Shown here one piece after another: positions 1 through 8,975 of a stretch of DNA of 55,742 nt (its first letter is position 1; each line of letters begins with the position of its first letter). The notes beneath the pieces are model-generated. The model was not told where the DNA came from, made no database searches, and saw only the letters and a list, made by a program, of their open reading frames with translations. A program made the position numbers and the translations under genes. Source of the stretch: a virus (lineage: Duplodnaviria; Caudoviricetes); IMG/VR virus record IMGVR_UViG_3300025513_000009, positions 1-55,742 of that record, one strand, 5' to 3'.

Positions 1-199
1 CTAAAGCACCAGCAGTTGTACACCAAATAGCATAATCTGTTCCAGCTGTAGCTGATGGCATAGTAATAGAAGTTGCTGAAGCTATAGTTTTAACATCACC
101 ATTAACTTCAATGTATAATCCTGTGTTTGTTTCCATTGTAAAAGCAGCAGTTTTACTCCAAGCAACAACTGTTGGGTCAATTTTAGAAAATAATCCATA
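1..199. repeat. Dispersed repeat copy A (matches 55031-55229)
   Basis: Positions 1-127 are identical to 55031-55157. Scattered substitutions follow, then divergence after ~199. Confidence 0.95.
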
Positions 200-547
200 A
201 ACTGGAGAAACTACACCTGATGCTAACTTGGCACTAGTAATAGAACCATCAACAAGTTGAGAAGTTCCTACTCCATCAACAGGAACATTTATTGTACCTA
301 CACTCTTACCTAAGAATACTGCATACATAACATCAGTACCTGTTGTTGCACTTGACAGCGTTAGAGTAGTACCTGATACAGTATAAGAACTGTTAGGATT
401 CTGCCTTACATTATTAATGAAAAGAGCAATTTCCTGGGGATTTGTTACTGAATATGATAAAGTATAGCTTGTCGTTGCAGAAGTTGTAAAGCTCTGCTTT
501 TGAAGAGTCTGGTATTTTTCCGCTGGTGTGTTACCTATATAACCCAA
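1..547 (-). CDS. Tail fibre / Mtd-like receptor-binding protein, copy 1 (3' end runs off the left edge)
   Basis: Not in the ORF track. TTG start at 547 follows a TAAGGAG RBS and the frame stays open to the edge: MGYIGNTPAEKYQ...YGLFSKIDPTVVAW...DYAIWCTTAGAL. The last ~66 codons nearly duplicate the Mtd-like gene at 55031-55229. Confidence 0.85.
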   Translation of the reverse strand, partial: MGYIGNTPAEKYQTLQKQSFTTSATTSYTLSYSVTNPQEIALFINNVRQNPNSSYTVSGTTLTLSSATTGTDVMYAVFLGKSVGTINVPVDGVGTSQLVDGSITSAKLASGVVSPVYGLFSKIDPTVVAWSKTAAFTMETNTGLYIEVNGDVKTIASATSITMPSATAGTDYAIWCTTAGAL

Positions 548-557
548 GTCTAACTCC

Positions 558-887
558 TTATGTACTTATTGTATCTATGTATGAAACTACTGTGTCTAGT
601 GATGTAGCTGTATCTGATACCGCTGCAATTTTATCTCCAGAAGCTAGTACAATTTTAGCACCACCATCAATTAGCTCAAGAGAACCTCCTACACTTATAG
701 GGGCTGACTTGATTAAATAATAATTAGTGGCTGATCTAATAATGTAGACATCTACATTGATAGCAGTTGCTGCTATGTTAGTGCACCTAATACCTATGAC
801 TGTATCATAACTATCTGCTTCTGCTAGAATATCTACAGGACTTGTCCCTGTATTTCTAGCTACTTGATTTCTAAAATTTTGTGCCAT
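558..887 (-). CDS. Small virion/tail-associated beta-rich protein
   Basis: 109 aa, AGGAG RBS, in the tail operon; resembles the protein at 49406-49744. Confidence 0.75.
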   Translation of the reverse strand: MAQNFRNQVARNTGTSPVDILAEADSYDTVIGIRCTNIAATAINVDVYIIRSATNYYLIKSAPISVGGSLELIDGGAKIVLASGDKIAAVSDTATSLDTVVSYIDTIST

Positions 888-896
888 TCTTACTCC

Positions 897-1397
897 TTAT
901 AAAGCAACTGCCATAGCAATTGCAAATCCATTTGTTGCAACATTTGTTACATCTATACCATTTACTGTAGTGACTTGCAAGTCAGCTAAAGCATTAATTA
1001 CATTTGTTCCATCCGAATAAATAAACGCGTCACGCCCAGAAGGTACAGTAAATGTTGTACCACTTCCAGTTGTTAAGATTAAATCATTACTATCTGCCGT
1101 ATTATTTAATACCATATACACTGTCTCTAGTGAAGGTACTGTAACCGTACAAGTGCCCCCTGGCGATCCAGCAAAGTTTAAGACAAAGTTTCTTCCATCC
1201 TCATCTGCGTAAGCCGTAGGGTCTGTAGTAAATGTTAATGTGTGTGTCGTACCTGATAGTGTAATAGAAGCATAACCTGTTATCTTGTTCTCAAGACGTT
1301 TTAAGTTATCATTAGTTTGATTACCCCAGGTGTTATCGTTTTCACCTGTGGTCATTAAACGTAAATTTAAACCACCATTACTCCAGGTAGATGTCAT
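897..1397 (-). CDS. Tail-associated structural protein
   Basis: 166 aa, Thr-rich, with a TGENDNTWG motif and a C-terminal FAIAMAVAL as seen in marine podovirus tail proteins. Confidence 0.75.
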   Translation of the reverse strand: MTSTWSNGGLNLRLMTTGENDNTWGNQTNDNLKRLENKITGYASITLSGTTHTLTFTTDPTAYADEDGRNFVLNFAGSPGGTCTVTVPSLETVYMVLNNTADSNDLILTTGSGTTFTVPSGRDAFIYSDGTNVINALADLQVTTVNGIDVTNVATNGFAIAMAVAL

Positions 1398-1849
1398 TAA
1401 CTAATCCTTATAATTGCGTTACTTGCATCTGCTGTTGGAAACTCAATAGTAAATGTACCATTAGAAACCGAGTAGTCTGCACCAAAATCTAAAACCATTA
1501 CGGCTGCGTTAGAATTATTTGTATTATAAATTATGCATCCTCTTGTAGTAAATGTAGAACTTGACCATGAAGTATTTGCGAAATCACAGATAGCTGTTGT
1601 ACCATCTAGAGTAGGAGTTACACTTGATAATGTATTTCCTCCTGTAGTGTATCCGCTGCCGTCTGCGAGTTCATCACTGTTTCCAGTAACGTCTGTATAA
1701 TTTGTGGTTGAAGCGCTATAAGTACCCGTTTGAGATGCTTGAGCTTTAATCAAAGCAATCTTAAAAGTATCCTGACCATTTGTAAAATTATGTTCAGCCT
1801 CAAGAATTTCTTGTTTAAAACTATTACATATTGCTGATGTAATTGCCAT
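1397..1849 (-). CDS. Conserved virion structural protein
   Basis: 150 aa MAITSAICNSFKQEIL...FKIAL family; its stop overlaps the next start. Confidence 0.8.
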   Translation of the reverse strand: MAITSAICNSFKQEILEAEHNFTNGQDTFKIALIKAQASQTGTYSASTTNYTDVTGNSDELADGSGYTTGGNTLSSVTPTLDGTTAICDFANTSWSSSTFTTRGCIIYNTNNSNAAVMVLDFGADYSVSNGTFTIEFPTADASNAIIRIS

Positions 1850-1852
1850 GCG

Positions 1853-2545
1853 TTATTGTCCTCTCTGCATTGTGTTTAGTTCACCATTACGAAACTCATC
1901 ATTTCGCATTCTTACTTGTTCCTCGTTAGCTAATGTTTGGATTGCTCGATTGTAATAACCTTGCCACAATTCTATTGTTTGAGGTGTTTCTTTCATGTAT
2001 CCTATAGCTTCGATCAATGTACCATATAGTATAGCGTCTGGGGCTTTGTCACCTATATAAGTATTTTGATTACTAGATGATAACCCTGGAACTCTCATAG
2101 TATATCCTATTTCAACTGTTGTTGCAAGGGCTGGAGTTGGTCCAAATAAAAAATTAGTTTGGCGATTACTACTTGTGTAAGTCGCGCCTGTTTGATTTAA
2201 AGCATAGTATCTTATCGCACCAGTGTTCGTGGTAGGATTCTTGCTATACTCTTTAATAAATGATTCGTCTTTCTCTAATAAAAAATCCCCGTTTTCAATT
2301 CTTAAATAACGAGGCACCACCATATCAGAAGGAACAGCTACTGTTGATGTGCCCCCTGTTAGAGATAGTGTTGAAAGTTTTCTAAAAGCAGTTAAATCTG
2401 CTTCTTTAGATATACGTAATTCCGCTAATTCAATACACAAATCGATAGGAGCTTGCCCGCTACCTGTTGCTGTAGTGAAAGACACGGCTGAGTTTTCTAG
2501 CCAGTCTTGTACGTTTTGTTTAAGTTGGTCGTATGTTAATCCCAT
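1853..2545 (-). CDS. Head-tail adaptor (tail tubular A-like)
   Basis: Start taken at 2545 (TAATG overlap; the track gives 2557). Motifs TYDQLK..., IELAELRI and PDAILYGTLIEA. Confidence 0.7.
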   Translation of the reverse strand: MGLTYDQLKQNVQDWLENSAVSFTTATGSGQAPIDLCIELAELRISKEADLTAFRKLSTLSLTGGTSTVAVPSDMVVPRYLRIENGDFLLEKDESFIKEYSKNPTTNTGAIRYYALNQTGATYTSSNRQTNFLFGPTPALATTVEIGYTMRVPGLSSSNQNTYIGDKAPDAILYGTLIEAIGYMKETPQTIELWQGYYNRAIQTLANEEQVRMRNDEFRNGELNTMQRGQ

Positions 2546-3387
2546 TAAGTACCCCAAGCATTAGAACCCCAGGTTTGACTACCCCAACCTGTTTCGTCTA
2601 TTGCAATTGATATTATACCAAATCCTGAGCTAAGTTGCAACCCGCCTACATCTTCTATTGTATTAATTGTTGGCGCAGTAAAACTTGTAGCTGCTGCTTG
2701 GCTTGATGCTGTTAAAGTAGAACTTGCTTGAAGAGATAAAGTTCCTTCGTTAGAAGATAGTTCAATACCAGCAGGCACTTCAGTACCACTAAAGTTCAAT
2801 CCAGTTGATCCATGTCCAGATGTTAAACTTTCACCTGTTGTTACCTGAGTAGAACTTGCGCTGTACACAGGACTTCCTTGCGTACTAGTTAAATTTTCTC
2901 CTGTTGTATTTTCTTGTGCACTGAAATTAAATGATCCGAATGCTGTTTGAATTAATTGAGAGTCTGCATCTTCTGCTGTATTAACTGAGATAGCACCACG
3001 CCCTGCAGTTAATGCTTCGCCAGATAAAGTGTAACCTGTAGCAATAGTTGGAATACTGAAAGCAGTTTGTAGTAATGTACTATCAACAACTTCAGATACA
3101 TTAATATTAATAGTACCAATATTAGATACTATAGGTGGAGTTCCTCTACCAAATAAAGAACCAAACTTTACTGTAGTTAAATCTACATCATTGTCAGGTC
3201 TTGGGTTTGATAGTGAAGTTGCTTCGGGACCAAGGTGAGGTGGATCTAATAAACTTTGTTTAGGCTCCCAGTCTTTCTTATGTACTCGGAGCCCGTTCCA
3301 CTCAGTCCTCGCATCTTTGTATCGTATCTTCCTGCCAGAACGATCATCAATCAGATATGCATATTTACCTGAAGCTCTTCTTGCCAT
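2545..3387 (-). CDS. Structural protein with conserved N-terminal domain and Thr/Ser-rich repeats
   Basis: 280 aa; DDRSG...EWNG...WEPKQ N-terminus, repeats of about 20 aa, and a GWGxxxWGxxxWG C-terminus. Confidence 0.7.
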   Translation of the reverse strand: MARRASGKYAYLIDDRSGRKIRYKDARTEWNGLRVHKKDWEPKQSLLDPPHLGPEATSLSNPRPDNDVDLTTVKFGSLFGRGTPPIVSNIGTININVSEVVDSTLLQTAFSIPTIATGYTLSGEALTAGRGAISVNTAEDADSQLIQTAFGSFNFSAQENTTGENLTSTQGSPVYSASSTQVTTGESLTSGHGSTGLNFSGTEVPAGIELSSNEGTLSLQASSTLTASSQAAATSFTAPTINTIEDVGGLQLSSGFGIISIAIDETGWGSQTWGSNAWGT

Positions 3388-3392
3388 CGTTC

Positions 3393-4106
3393 TTAGTATC
3401 CTCGAATCTTAGGTCGTATATAAAAACTTGCTCTTTCTCTATCTTCTTCTTTTGCGTATTGCCATTCTTGTTCATACATAGCTTTTAATTCTGCTCTACG
3501 TGCCCCATCTACTTTAGCTGGATTTTTATTAGCAAGTTCAACTGCTAATGCACTAATCAATGCAGGTAAATATCTTCTAGGTATGTCAGGATTTTCGGTA
3601 TACGTATCATTAACATCTTGGGGATATCTTATTGCCCAAGTATTTAATTGATAATAAGTTTGATTTGGAACAGGCCATAAATATATTGTATGTGTATTTG
3701 CACCAGCTGCTTTGAATTGACTGTTTCTTTCAACAGCAAATTGTACAGGCTTGCCTGATGTTGTCTTAGTGGGGAAGTTTAAATATTCTGATAAACTAAT
3801 TCTCTCGCAGTTAACATCAGAAACTGGAGAACTATTCGTATCTCTTACTGACGCATCTAGTATATCTAGAAATTGCCCAGCCGCTACAGTTGTGGTAGCG
3901 CTATCTTTAGTTAGATTAATTATATGGGAAGTAATAGTAAATAAATTTACTCCTTCGTTTACCCACTTCGTTAAAATTAAATTAAGGGAACGCCTAGCTG
4001 TTACTAGATCATAACCAGACTTAACATCAAAACCTACGCGTTCGTAGGCTTCCTGTATAATTTCAGCTGTGTCTAAATTAAATGTATGTGTACCCGATGT
4101 TGCCAT
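3393..4106 (-). CDS. Head-tail connector / tail tubular protein
   Basis: 237 aa MATSGT...GYDLVTARRSLN...W.N.G family, downstream of the capsid gene. Confidence 0.75.
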   Translation of the reverse strand: MATSGTHTFNLDTAEIIQEAYERVGFDVKSGYDLVTARRSLNLILTKWVNEGVNLFTITSHIINLTKDSATTTVAAGQFLDILDASVRDTNSSPVSDVNCERISLSEYLNFPTKTTSGKPVQFAVERNSQFKAAGANTHTIYLWPVPNQTYYQLNTWAIRYPQDVNDTYTENPDIPRRYLPALISALAVELANKNPAKVDGARRAELKAMYEQEWQYAKEEDRERASFYIRPKIRGY

Positions 4107-4123
4107 AATTTACCTGTTAAAGA

Positions 4124-4423
4124 TTAATTATAAGCAATAGTTACTGAAGTAGTGTTTGTTAAATCTATAAACACACCAGTTTCAAAAACTAAACCATCAT
4201 TAGGAACATAGACATCTAAGCCTTCTGTACCGAAACCTGCTTGATATCTTAGGATACCATTAGCATCTGTTCCATCATACAGTTTTACAGTTGAAGTTGC
4301 CACTCCAGCTCCTTGAATATATTGAACCCTTACTCTGCCCAGAAAATTATCTGTAGCTTGTGGGTCTTTACCAAATCTTCCGTCTGAAGTTCTGGTACTA
4401 AACTTTACGTCACTTGATGACAT
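4124..4423 (-). CDS. Small virion protein
   Basis: 99 aa with an AGGAGG RBS, in the capsid operon. Confidence 0.7.
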   Translation of the reverse strand: MSSSDVKFSTRTSDGRFGKDPQATDNFLGRVRVQYIQGAGVATSTVKLYDGTDANGILRYQAGFGTEGLDVYVPNDGLVFETGVFIDLTNTTSVTIAYN

Positions 4424-4440
4424 ATAAACCTCCTTGTGTT

Positions 4441-4458
4441 GGGGAGCCGAAACTCCCC
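4441..4458 (-). terminator. GC-rich hairpin (terminator or processing/stability stem)
   Basis: GGGGAGT-TTCG-GCTCCCC on the minus strand directly after a stop codon; U tail is weak. Confidence 0.45.
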
Positions 4459-4465
4459 GTTAAAA

Positions 4466-4669
4466 TTAAGATGATGCTATTGTAGCACCAGTATCGCTTC
4501 TTTTCCAATTAGATCCATCATAAAAAGCTAGGATTGCTGCACCTGCAGCTCCATCTGAAAAATACGCAATTTGACCTTCCACACCATCAGGTGCGGTAGC
4601 CACTGTATATACGTTAAGACCGATAACACTTAATGTGTTTACTGGTCCTGAAAAAGTTGTTGTTCCCAT
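4466..4669 (-). CDS. Small head fibre/decoration-like protein
   Basis: 67 aa, MGTTTFSGPV start and AFYDGSNW motif. Confidence 0.7.
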   Translation of the reverse strand: MGTTTFSGPVNTLSVIGLNVYTVATAPDGVEGQIAYFSDGAAGAAILAFYDGSNWKRSDTGATIASS

Positions 4670-4732
4670 AGTCTATAATCCTTTCATATAGTCTGCTAAG
4701 CAGTCCATGGTTGTTTATTTATTGCTTGAGAA

Positions 4733-4755
4733 GGGGGCACTTTTAAAATACCCCC
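4733..4755 (-). terminator. Probable terminator after the major capsid gene
   Basis: GGGGG-TATTTTAAAAGTG-CCCCC then TTCT on the minus strand. Confidence 0.45.
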
Positions 4756-4773
4756 TAGTCTAAGTTCTATTAG

Positions 4774-5682
4774 TTACGCGCCTGAGTTACCGTAAACAGC
4801 ACGCCAGTCAGACCAACCGAAGCTGTATCTTTCTCTGGCTTTATATCTTACGTTACCTGTTTCAAAATCGCCTTCCATCTTAGTGCTCATAGATGATCTG
4901 TTGAACATCTTTGTGCCATTAGGACAGTCGGTTCTAATGAACCATGCGTCTGGATCTGAGAACCTGTGGTTAGTAAAGTAACCGTTAGGAATCATACCCA
5001 TGTTGTTGACAGCGTTGATATCATTGTCAGCTGTGCCTGGACGACCCTGAGACTTCATAAGTCTTTCTGCTACAAATACCAATTGTCTTGGAATGTGTAG
5101 AGACTTACCTTGAAGTGCTACTGGGATACCTTTGTCATCTGTGAATCCAGCGATGTCAATCAAAGCTGTTTCTAAAGATGTCTCAGATAAGTCAGCAAAA
5201 GTGGCTGGTCTGTTAGAACCATTGTTGCCATTTTGTAGTGGGTGAGCATTAGATACTAATGCCTGTCCGTCACCACCTGTGACTGCTGCATTAAACGCAT
5301 TGTTATATACGTTAGCTGCTGTTAGCTGCTTAGTAGAAGCCATAGATCTAGCTAATGCTTTAGTTAGTCTAGTTGAAAGTTTATCATAAAGATTATCTTC
5401 CATTGCTTCTTCTGTTAATGAAAATGCTAATGCAACTGTGTTATGTGTATATCTTGATACATAACCTTCGCCTGACTCAGCATAATCAACTGCCGCGCCT
5501 TCGAATTTTTCGTTTGCATTACCAAAGCCTGGGAAGAGTACTTCTTCCTCAAAGGCTCTATTTGATGTTTCCTCATCGAACAAGACGGCATGCTCATTTT
5601 CGTATCTGTTATATTCAGTTCCGAAAATAGCGTTAAGACCTGGCTCTAGTTCTTTAAGGATTTGTGCTCTTGATATAGCCAT
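4774..5682 (-). CDS. Major capsid protein
   Basis: 302 aa MAISRAQILKELEPGLNAIFG...RERYSFGWSDWR, a recognisable marine phage capsid family; lies downstream of the scaffold gene. Confidence 0.9.
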   Translation of the reverse strand: MAISRAQILKELEPGLNAIFGTEYNRYENEHAVLFDEETSNRAFEEEVLFPGFGNANEKFEGAAVDYAESGEGYVSRYTHNTVALAFSLTEEAMEDNLYDKLSTRLTKALARSMASTKQLTAANVYNNAFNAAVTGGDGQALVSNAHPLQNGNNGSNRPATFADLSETSLETALIDIAGFTDDKGIPVALQGKSLHIPRQLVFVAERLMKSQGRPGTADNDINAVNNMGMIPNGYFTNHRFSDPDAWFIRTDCPNGTKMFNRSSMSTKMEGDFETGNVRYKARERYSFGWSDWRAVYGNSGA

Positions 5683-5693
5683 TTATATTCCCC

Positions 5694-6293
5694 TTATATT
5701 CCTGTTACGCCAGTAGCGCCTAGTCCAAATTGATGAGTATTAATTTTCACCAAAATGTCCATTGTAGTTCCTGCTGCTGAGTACGCATCATCCAACTCTG
5801 CACTGCCTAGTAATGTAACTGGGAAAGTGTTTGTTGTTGCTTTTGTACTTGAGTCAGCGGTTAACCCTGATTTGTGTGTAATCGCTGAACCTGTTGGTCC
5901 TGCTACGATTTGTAGATTTTTACCTACATCTGCAATTGTTAATGCAGTTGCAGCTTGATCAGCTTCCATTTCAAATAGAATATCTGGGTCATCGTATACG
6001 TACACTTTGTATTTGTCTTTAGCTACAGTTCCTGTTGGAATTGATCTAACGAATTTAACTTCGCCAGATGCATTGTCCACATACTCTGCTCCATAAAACA
6101 CTCCTACGACTGCTCCTGGACTTGCAGCGGCCATATCAGTTACGATATTTCCAGCTGAAAAAGTCACGAGATCGCCTTCGAAGAATGCGGATGGTGCGGT
6201 AGCGGCTATTCTGTAACCATTGGCTCCACTAAAGTTATTGGTTCTAATTGAACCACCTTTAGCGTGCTTCTTTGGTTTTAGGCCATATGCCAT
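5694..6293 (-). CDS. Minor capsid/decoration protein
   Basis: 199 aa immediately upstream of the MCP; GVFYG and YVYDDP motifs; GGAGG RBS. Confidence 0.75.
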   Translation of the reverse strand: MAYGLKPKKHAKGGSIRTNNFSGANGYRIAATAPSAFFEGDLVTFSAGNIVTDMAAASPGAVVGVFYGAEYVDNASGEVKFVRSIPTGTVAKDKYKVYVYDDPDILFEMEADQAATALTIADVGKNLQIVAGPTGSAITHKSGLTADSSTKATTNTFPVTLLGSAELDDAYSAAGTTMDILVKINTHQFGLGATGVTGI

Positions 6294-6342
6294 TTTTATA
6301 CCTCCATAGTATAGTTAAGCAAAATTCTGACCAATATTGCTA

Positions 6343-6813
6343 TCAGTCGTCAAACTTTGCAGTTTTATTTCCTCCACCTCGTGTGACTGAGGAAGATCCG
6401 TCTTGGCTGATAGGTGCAGCTGCGCTATTGTTGCTTTGCAATTCAGAGTTGACCGCTCTTTCTTGCATTTTGGTCTTGTTATCATAGTACTCATTTCTTT
6501 CGTCAGCGATCTCTTGATCAACCTTCATAAGAATTAAGTCACCACTTCTAACTACACCCGCATGCTTGCCTGTGTCTAAAACATCCGATTGCCAGTTCCC
6601 GCCAAGTTCATCGGGTTTTACTGGTTCGTATCCTTGACGAGCTCTTTCATGCACATTTCCTGATTGATCTTCATTCAGGAGTTCATGTCGAACCCATCTA
6701 TAATGTACACCATCTGGTGCAGCTGGTGTATCCAACTTGCTTGGTGGTGTCCATGTTGTCTTGCGAGTACCCGAACTTCGCGTTTTACGGGTTGTCTTAG
6801 TAGCCTGTGTCAT
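6343..6813 (-). CDS. Conserved head-module protein
   Basis: 156 aa, WTPPSKLDTP...YRWVR...GYEPV, between the scaffold and capsid genes. Confidence 0.75.
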   Translation of the reverse strand: MTQATKTTRKTRSSGTRKTTWTPPSKLDTPAAPDGVHYRWVRHELLNEDQSGNVHERARQGYEPVKPDELGGNWQSDVLDTGKHAGVVRSGDLILMKVDQEIADERNEYYDNKTKMQERAVNSELQSNNSAAAPISQDGSSSVTRGGGNKTAKFDD

Positions 6814-6824
6814 TCATCTACTCC

Positions 6825-7808
6825 TTATCTCGCCGACTCATCACGGCGTATTTTGTGTCGCGCATACTCTTGTAGCGAAACTCCAAGTTTATTGGCAGTC
6901 TCTACTTCTGACTTTGTCAGTGTGACCTTTTGTTTGCCACTGGGGGAAGTGCGCGTTCCGCCCGCTACTACTTGCACTTTTTTTACTGAAGAGTCTTGTT
7001 TAAACTTTCCAGGAAACTCTGTACGTACACGAGCGTCTAACTCGTTATAGTATTCATCAGGATCTGAATCAGGATATATTCCTTCTTCAATTAATTCCTT
7101 ATGAATTATCATCGCAGCTTGAGTCATAATCTTTTCGCTTTGATTATTTCCCCCAAACCAAGAGTTTCTTTTTTGCCAGGTTACAGCTTTCCTATCAGGG
7201 AGAGTTGCTTGTGGTTTTGTTTCAACAGTTTCTTCAGTAGAAACTTTTTGAGCAGAAGCTGATTTAGCTCTTTCTTCATACTGCCTTACAACTAATGCTT
7301 CAGCTTTAATCGATGCTAACTTATCTGTAGCGTCAATTTCTTTATCAACATCACCTGCTTCTTTAGCAGAACGAAGAGAAGATAATACTTCTCTCTCTTG
7401 AGCCTTGAGTCTGTCACCATACTGCACAACTGCAGCTAGTTCAGAATCAGCAGATCTTCCAACTAGTTCTTGGTTTTCCCTTTTGAATTTTACTTTCTCT
7501 TCTTCAAGATTAGCAAGACGTTCTTCAAGTTCTTTCCTTTGTTTAACTAGCCGTTTAATTCGCTTTTCAGCTCTTTTACCATATAGTTTTTTATCTTCAG
7601 ATCCTTCCTCTTCTTCAGTAGTTTCAGGTGATTCATCTACAGTTTCATCTGCATCATCATCATCATCTTCATCATCTACTTCAGTTTTGGGAGTTTCTTT
7701 TTCTGGAGCTTGTGGCTCTTCAGAAGACGTTTCTACTTGGCCTTCTTCATCAATTAAAACCTCGAGTTCTTCCTCTTGGTCAATCGGTTCTTTTGGGTCT
7801 TCTATCAT
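6825..7808 (-). CDS. Capsid scaffolding protein
   Basis: Acidic N-terminus, long coiled coil and C-terminal LTKSEVETANKLGVSLQEYA; GGAGG RBS. Confidence 0.8.
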   Translation of the reverse strand: MIEDPKEPIDQEEELEVLIDEEGQVETSSEEPQAPEKETPKTEVDDEDDDDDADETVDESPETTEEEEGSEDKKLYGKRAEKRIKRLVKQRKELEERLANLEEEKVKFKRENQELVGRSADSELAAVVQYGDRLKAQEREVLSSLRSAKEAGDVDKEIDATDKLASIKAEALVVRQYEERAKSASAQKVSTEETVETKPQATLPDRKAVTWQKRNSWFGGNNQSEKIMTQAAMIIHKELIEEGIYPDSDPDEYYNELDARVRTEFPGKFKQDSSVKKVQVVAGGTRTSPSGKQKVTLTKSEVETANKLGVSLQEYARHKIRRDESAR

Positions 7809-7852
7809 ATTTACCTCCGTCAGTTGCGAACTGCGTTATGCGCTATGCCAAT

Positions 7853-7882
7853 ATAATACCACAAATTGTGGCATATTTGCAA
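7853..7882 (-). promoter_or_regulatory. Sigma70-like promoter for the scaffold/capsid operon
   Basis: TTGCAA-18-TATTAT, with the palindrome CCACAATTTGTGG in the spacer. Confidence 0.5.
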
Positions 7883-7886
7883 GTGT

Positions 7887-8219
7887 CTATCTGTGTTTTA
7901 TCTTTGCTGGATTGGGTACTACGGCTACCACTTCATCATCATTAATGATAGAATAGTCAGCGTTTTCGTATTTGAATTTTAATCCAACATACTTACCTGT
8001 TAATACATAGTCTCCAGGCTTACACCAGGTAGTGCTTGATTTAGACATGTCTTTATAACATTCAGATCCCATGTCTATTACTTCAGCAACCACACAAGCA
8101 AACCTAATCATGTCTCTTGTCTGTTCTGAAAATATTACACCACCAGTTGATTTGTCTGATGGCTCCCAAGGTTTTAATAACATTCTATAACCTTGTGGTT
8201 TTGGTAGTTCTTTATTCAT
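7887..8219 (-). CDS. groES: Co-chaperonin GroES (Cpn10) homologue
   Basis: P.GYRMLL...TGGVI...KPGDYV...KYVG...IINDDEVVAVV pattern. Confidence 0.85.
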   Translation of the reverse strand: MNKELPKPQGYRMLLKPWEPSDKSTGGVIFSEQTRDMIRFACVVAEVIDMGSECYKDMSKSSTTWCKPGDYVLTGKYVGLKFKYENADYSIINDDEVVAVVPNPAKIKHR

Positions 8220-8430
8220 CTGTGCCTCCTGCTATTTCTTTATATAGCTTAATGTACTCTGTATGTAGACGATCTTTCATGTCTAACAGAGTTTGTCCTA
8301 TGCCTACTAGATATTTATAGTTTGCATAATCTTCTGCACTCCCATTTATTAATTGAGTATTGTTAACTTCTATAGCCTCACTCAAAACTTGTGTCATCCG
8401 TTCTTTGTATACTCTTGTTTGGTCTAACAT
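8212..8430 (-). CDS. Conserved small helical protein
   Basis: 72 aa, AGGAGG RBS, overlaps the groES start. Confidence 0.75.
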   Translation of the reverse strand: MLDQTRVYKERMTQVLSEAIEVNNTQLINGSAEDYANYKYLVGIGQTLLDMKDRLHTEYIKLYKEIAGGTDE

Positions 8431-8460
8431 TGATCCTCCTGTAAAAAGATTGTTGTTATT

Positions 8461-8490
8461 ATTATATAGTAATTAATACATAAATGTCAA
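8461..8490 (-). promoter_or_regulatory. Sigma70-like promoter
   Basis: TTGACA-18-TATAAT on the minus strand, upstream of 8430. Confidence 0.55.
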
Positions 8491-8492
8491 GA

Positions 8493-8975
8493 CTATTTCA
8501 TGCCAGCTAAGGGATTAGCTAAAGTCTTTTGAATTATTTCAGTAATTTTTATTTCTAGTTCTGCCATTTCATCTTGAATATCTTTAATAGCAAATTTAAT
8601 GTCAGATGAATTTTCTCTTGAATCTGTTTTCTGATTTTGTTCTACGTCTTCAATAATAGATTCAACTCTTCTTAAATCTGTGCGAAGGTCATTTTTTAGT
8701 TCATTGGCTACGTCAGATACTAAGGTTATTTCAGCAATCATCATTGCCATTTCACTAGATATAATACCTACTTTTTGTTCTATAAGAGCTAATTCTTTTT
8801 CCAAACCCGAAAGGTCGGGGGCCGAATAGGATAGCATTACGGATTTCATATCTTGATAATCCTTGAACATAACGAAGCCTCCATATAGAGAACCTATAAG
8901 AGTACTTAGAGCAAGTAAGATACCAAAGACCTTACCTCCTTTAAATTTTAATCCTGCAAATTCTACTTCTGCCAT
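8493..8975 (-). CDS. Membrane-anchored coiled-coil protein
   Basis: One hydrophobic segment near residues 16-37, then a heptad coiled coil. Confidence 0.75.
   Translation of the reverse strand: MAEVEFAGLKFKGGKVFGILLALSTLIGSLYGGFVMFKDYQDMKSVMLSYSAPDLSGLEKELALIEQKVGIISSEMAMMIAEITLVSDVANELKNDLRTDLRRVESIIEDVEQNQKTDSRENSSDIKFAIKDIQDEMAELEIKITEIIQKTLANPLAGMK

Noticed and set aside
1-127. 127-bp identity with 55031-55157 as a terminal direct repeat proving a complete genome
   Set aside because: The second copy is internal (585 bp follow it), lies inside a coding module and continues as a diverged match. It is better explained by paralogy or allelic variation at an assembly break.
1-199. The repeat pair as a DGR TR/VR pair
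   Set aside because: It covers the start of the Mtd-like module rather than the C-terminal VR, both copies are coding, and the mismatches are not adenine-specific.
7405-7956. Long plus-strand Ser-rich and His-rich ORFs (also 9366-9853, 15446-15892, 12356-12655)
   Set aside because: Antisense shadows of acidic or structural minus-strand genes, with no RBS.
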